This document shows, piece after piece, positions 61,837-64,000 of a stretch of 64,000 bases of DNA. Below the pieces are notes generated by a model. It had not been told where the DNA came from and made no database searches. It was given only the letters and a program-made list of their open reading frames with translations. This DNA comes from Nitrososphaeraceae archaeon (GTDB taxonomy: Archaea > Thermoproteota > Nitrososphaeria > Nitrososphaerales > Nitrososphaeraceae), in the NCBI GenBank assembly GCA_035250975.1, contig DATFEP010000040.1, forward strand, positions 1 through 64,000, given 5' to 3'. Made by a program: the position numbers and the translations under genes. Every line of letters begins with the position of its first letter. The first letter of the stretch is position 1.

Positions 61837-62037
61837 ATTATATTATTTCTAAGATAATAAGAACAAATACTAATTTAAATATTTTCAAAACTTTAATTAA
61901 ATTCACCTAATGTAATTCAAAAAAGTTGTTAATTTGGCATAAACTGATTCTTTAGATTATAGAGAAACAAGATATATAATATAAATTTCCCTATTCTTTA
62001 ACGCTTCTAAGAATAAGTTGTTGGATCCTGAAATTTA

Positions 62038-62076
62038 TTATAAAACTAATACCATGTTTTATAAAACTAATACCAT
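62038..62076 (+). repeat. 18-bp tandem repeat, period 21 bp
   Basis: ttataaaactaataccat at 62038-62055 and 62059-62076. Confidence 0.85.
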
Positions 62077-62502
62077 CTTTTTTAGATATCAATACTGAAT
62101 TTACAACGAAAGAAAAAAGGAACTGGTGATTTTTGCAAATTTTGTATATTCTAGGCTAGGGCGATAAAATCTACAATTTTCTTCTGCTCCTAAATTTCAT
62201 TAGGTTTAACATAAATTAAAAATCCTTATTTTAGTTAAATAAGCTCCTTATGATAGGTACTCTGGTCTCGATGTTCTACAAGAGGTACCATCCGCTAATT
62301 TTTAAGGTGATGAATTTTATCAAGCTAAGATTGCAAGGTATATCATATCATGATGAAATAATAAAATCAAAAAGAAAAGAAACTTGAAAAGAGAGCTAAA
62401 ACCAAGTAATATTAGAGTTACATATGACAAGAGTTATAGTATGATTGCATTTATTTATTATCATTATAATACCTTAATAAAATATGTTACATATTAAGAT
62501 AT

Positions 62503-63570
62503 ATGAAACAATTGGGATATTGGGCTTCACAAGAACAATATTCAATGAATGATTTGATTAAATTTGTAAAAGAAGCTGAGAATGGTGGATTTGATCAGAC
62601 TCTTACAAGTGATCACTTTCATCCATGGTCACATACTAACGGTTATGGAAACTTTACATGGGTTTGGGTAGCGGCTGCCGCTGAAAGAACGAAAAATATG
62701 AAATTTATAACCGGAGTAACTGCAGCTGTCTATAGATATAACCCAGGTGTAATAGCACAAGCATTTGCATCCTTAGATGTATTATATCCTGGAAGAATAG
62801 GTCTTGGAATCGGTACGGGAGAAGCCATGAATGAAGTTTCTCTAGGTTTTGATTGGCCCTCTGCAGATATAAGATTAGAAAGAACGACTGAAGCTATTCA
62901 AATAATAAAAAAATTATGGAATAAAGAAAATAGTAATGGTGTTCTTAAAGGAATAAGACCGTCATCAAATAAAAATGATGATAATATGATGGATAATGAT
63001 GATTTTGTAAATTTTAATGGCCAATATTTTAGTCTAAAAAATGCCAAGCTGTATACTGCTCCTTCTACTAATATTCCTCTTTACATGGCAGGATCAGGAG
63101 AAGAAGCTGTACAAACTGCTGGTAGATTAACTGATGGATTGATTACTACTTCAAAGCCAAATGATTGTAAGGAGACATTCCATATATTTGATAAAGCAGC
63201 AAGAGAAGAGGGAAAAGATCCCGATAAACTAGAAAAAATAGCCAAACCTAAGATTTCTTATTCTGAAGACTATGACAAGGCTTTCAGATCATGTGAATTT
63301 TGGAGAACTTCTAAAATAGATGATGCGTTTGATAGAGATATAAATGATCCACGAGTACTAGAAAAAACAGCAAAGCGAGAAGTAACAGATGAAGAATTAA
63401 AAAAATCAATATTAATAGTTACTTCTATAGAAGATTTAATTAAGCCAATAGAAGAATATTTCAAAGCTGGTTTTACCCAAGTATATACACATAGTACAAG
63501 TCCAAATGAAGTACAATTTATTCAAAGGTTTACAAAAAAGGTATTACCATATTTTAACAAAAACATATAA
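62503..63570 (+). CDS. F420-dependent LLM-class oxidoreductase (G6PDH/Fgd-like family)
   Basis: ASQEQY, SDHFHPW, RYNPGVIAQAFASL..LYPGRI.LGIGTGEAMNE. Confidence 0.9.
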   Translation: MKQLGYWASQEQYSMNDLIKFVKEAENGGFDQTLTSDHFHPWSHTNGYGNFTWVWVAAAAERTKNMKFITGVTAAVYRYNPGVIAQAFASLDVLYPGRIGLGIGTGEAMNEVSLGFDWPSADIRLERTTEAIQIIKKLWNKENSNGVLKGIRPSSNKNDDNMMDNDDFVNFNGQYFSLKNAKLYTAPSTNIPLYMAGSGEEAVQTAGRLTDGLITTSKPNDCKETFHIFDKAAREEGKDPDKLEKIAKPKISYSEDYDKAFRSCEFWRTSKIDDAFDRDINDPRVLEKTAKREVTDEELKKSILIVTSIEDLIKPIEEYFKAGFTQVYTHSTSPNEVQFIQRFTKKVLPYFNKNI

Positions 63571-63738
63571 AGAGACATTAATTTTAGATAAAAAGTACAT
63601 TGGGGGAAAATTGTTTCAAGATATCAACTAAATTATCATAAATTGTATGTAATTGTTATATACCATATAATTACCTAGACTTTAAATATTGCATTTGTAT
63701 ATTATACCGATAATTTTTTTGACAATCTCTTAATAACT

Positions 63739-63960
63739 ATGTTGTTCAAAATTAATATGATGACGTTTTACCATCACGAAGATGATAGATTTAAAGAAAT
63801 TATAGATGAATTTATCTTATCATCATCAGGTAATGAATCCTCAAGATATGCTCTAAAAAATATTGACGTTCTAGCATCGAAATTGGGAATCTCGTTTTAT
63901 CATATGATGTTCATATTAATTAAAAAAAATATTGTTAGTAGCAAAAATATTATTAAATAA
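63739..63960 (+). CDS. Small hypothetical protein
   Basis: 73-aa ORF, ..ALKNIDVLASKLGISFYHMMF.. Confidence 0.55.
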   Translation: MLFKINMMTFYHHEDDRFKEIIDEFILSSSGNESSRYALKNIDVLASKLGISFYHMMFILIKKNIVSSKNIIK

Positions 63961-64000
63961 TGATTGAATTTGTAAAAATCTGCTTAGTCTAAAAAACTAC

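Overview
AT-rich archaeal chromosome segment. Gene content points to an ammonia-oxidising Nitrososphaerota archaeon (Nitrososphaeraceae, Nitrosocosmicus-like; an inference): Nre, Dph5-DUF357 fusion, Nob1, LysW pathway, intron-containing tRNAs, F420 enzymes, many histidine kinases. Layout: 1-6.3 kb is a partly decayed quinone/electrophile-stress island ending at tRNA-Pro. 6.3-43 kb is mostly core: ABC exporter, nreA, split metH, trpCBA, egtB/egtD, tRNA-Leu, an ebo-like trio, and a large LysW-dependent Arg/Lys cluster with two carriers and two ligases, then dph5, tRNA-Ile, NAD kinase and nob1. 43-64 kb is accessory: sensor kinases, tRNA-Gly, an IS1595 relic, a ~1.25 kb duplicated segment, a KaiC-like ATPase, endonuclease V, an ATP-cone/Lys-rich protein and an F420 LLM enzyme. 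Most notable: the lysine-branch LysW ends in EDWGQ rather than EDWGE, removing the carboxyl normally used for substrate attachment; an archaeal eboC/eboF-like cluster; a cysteine-type ergothioneine pathway; and an unannotated 30-31 aa peptide conserved in both duplicated copies. All calls come from reading the sequence by eye; no database search was run.
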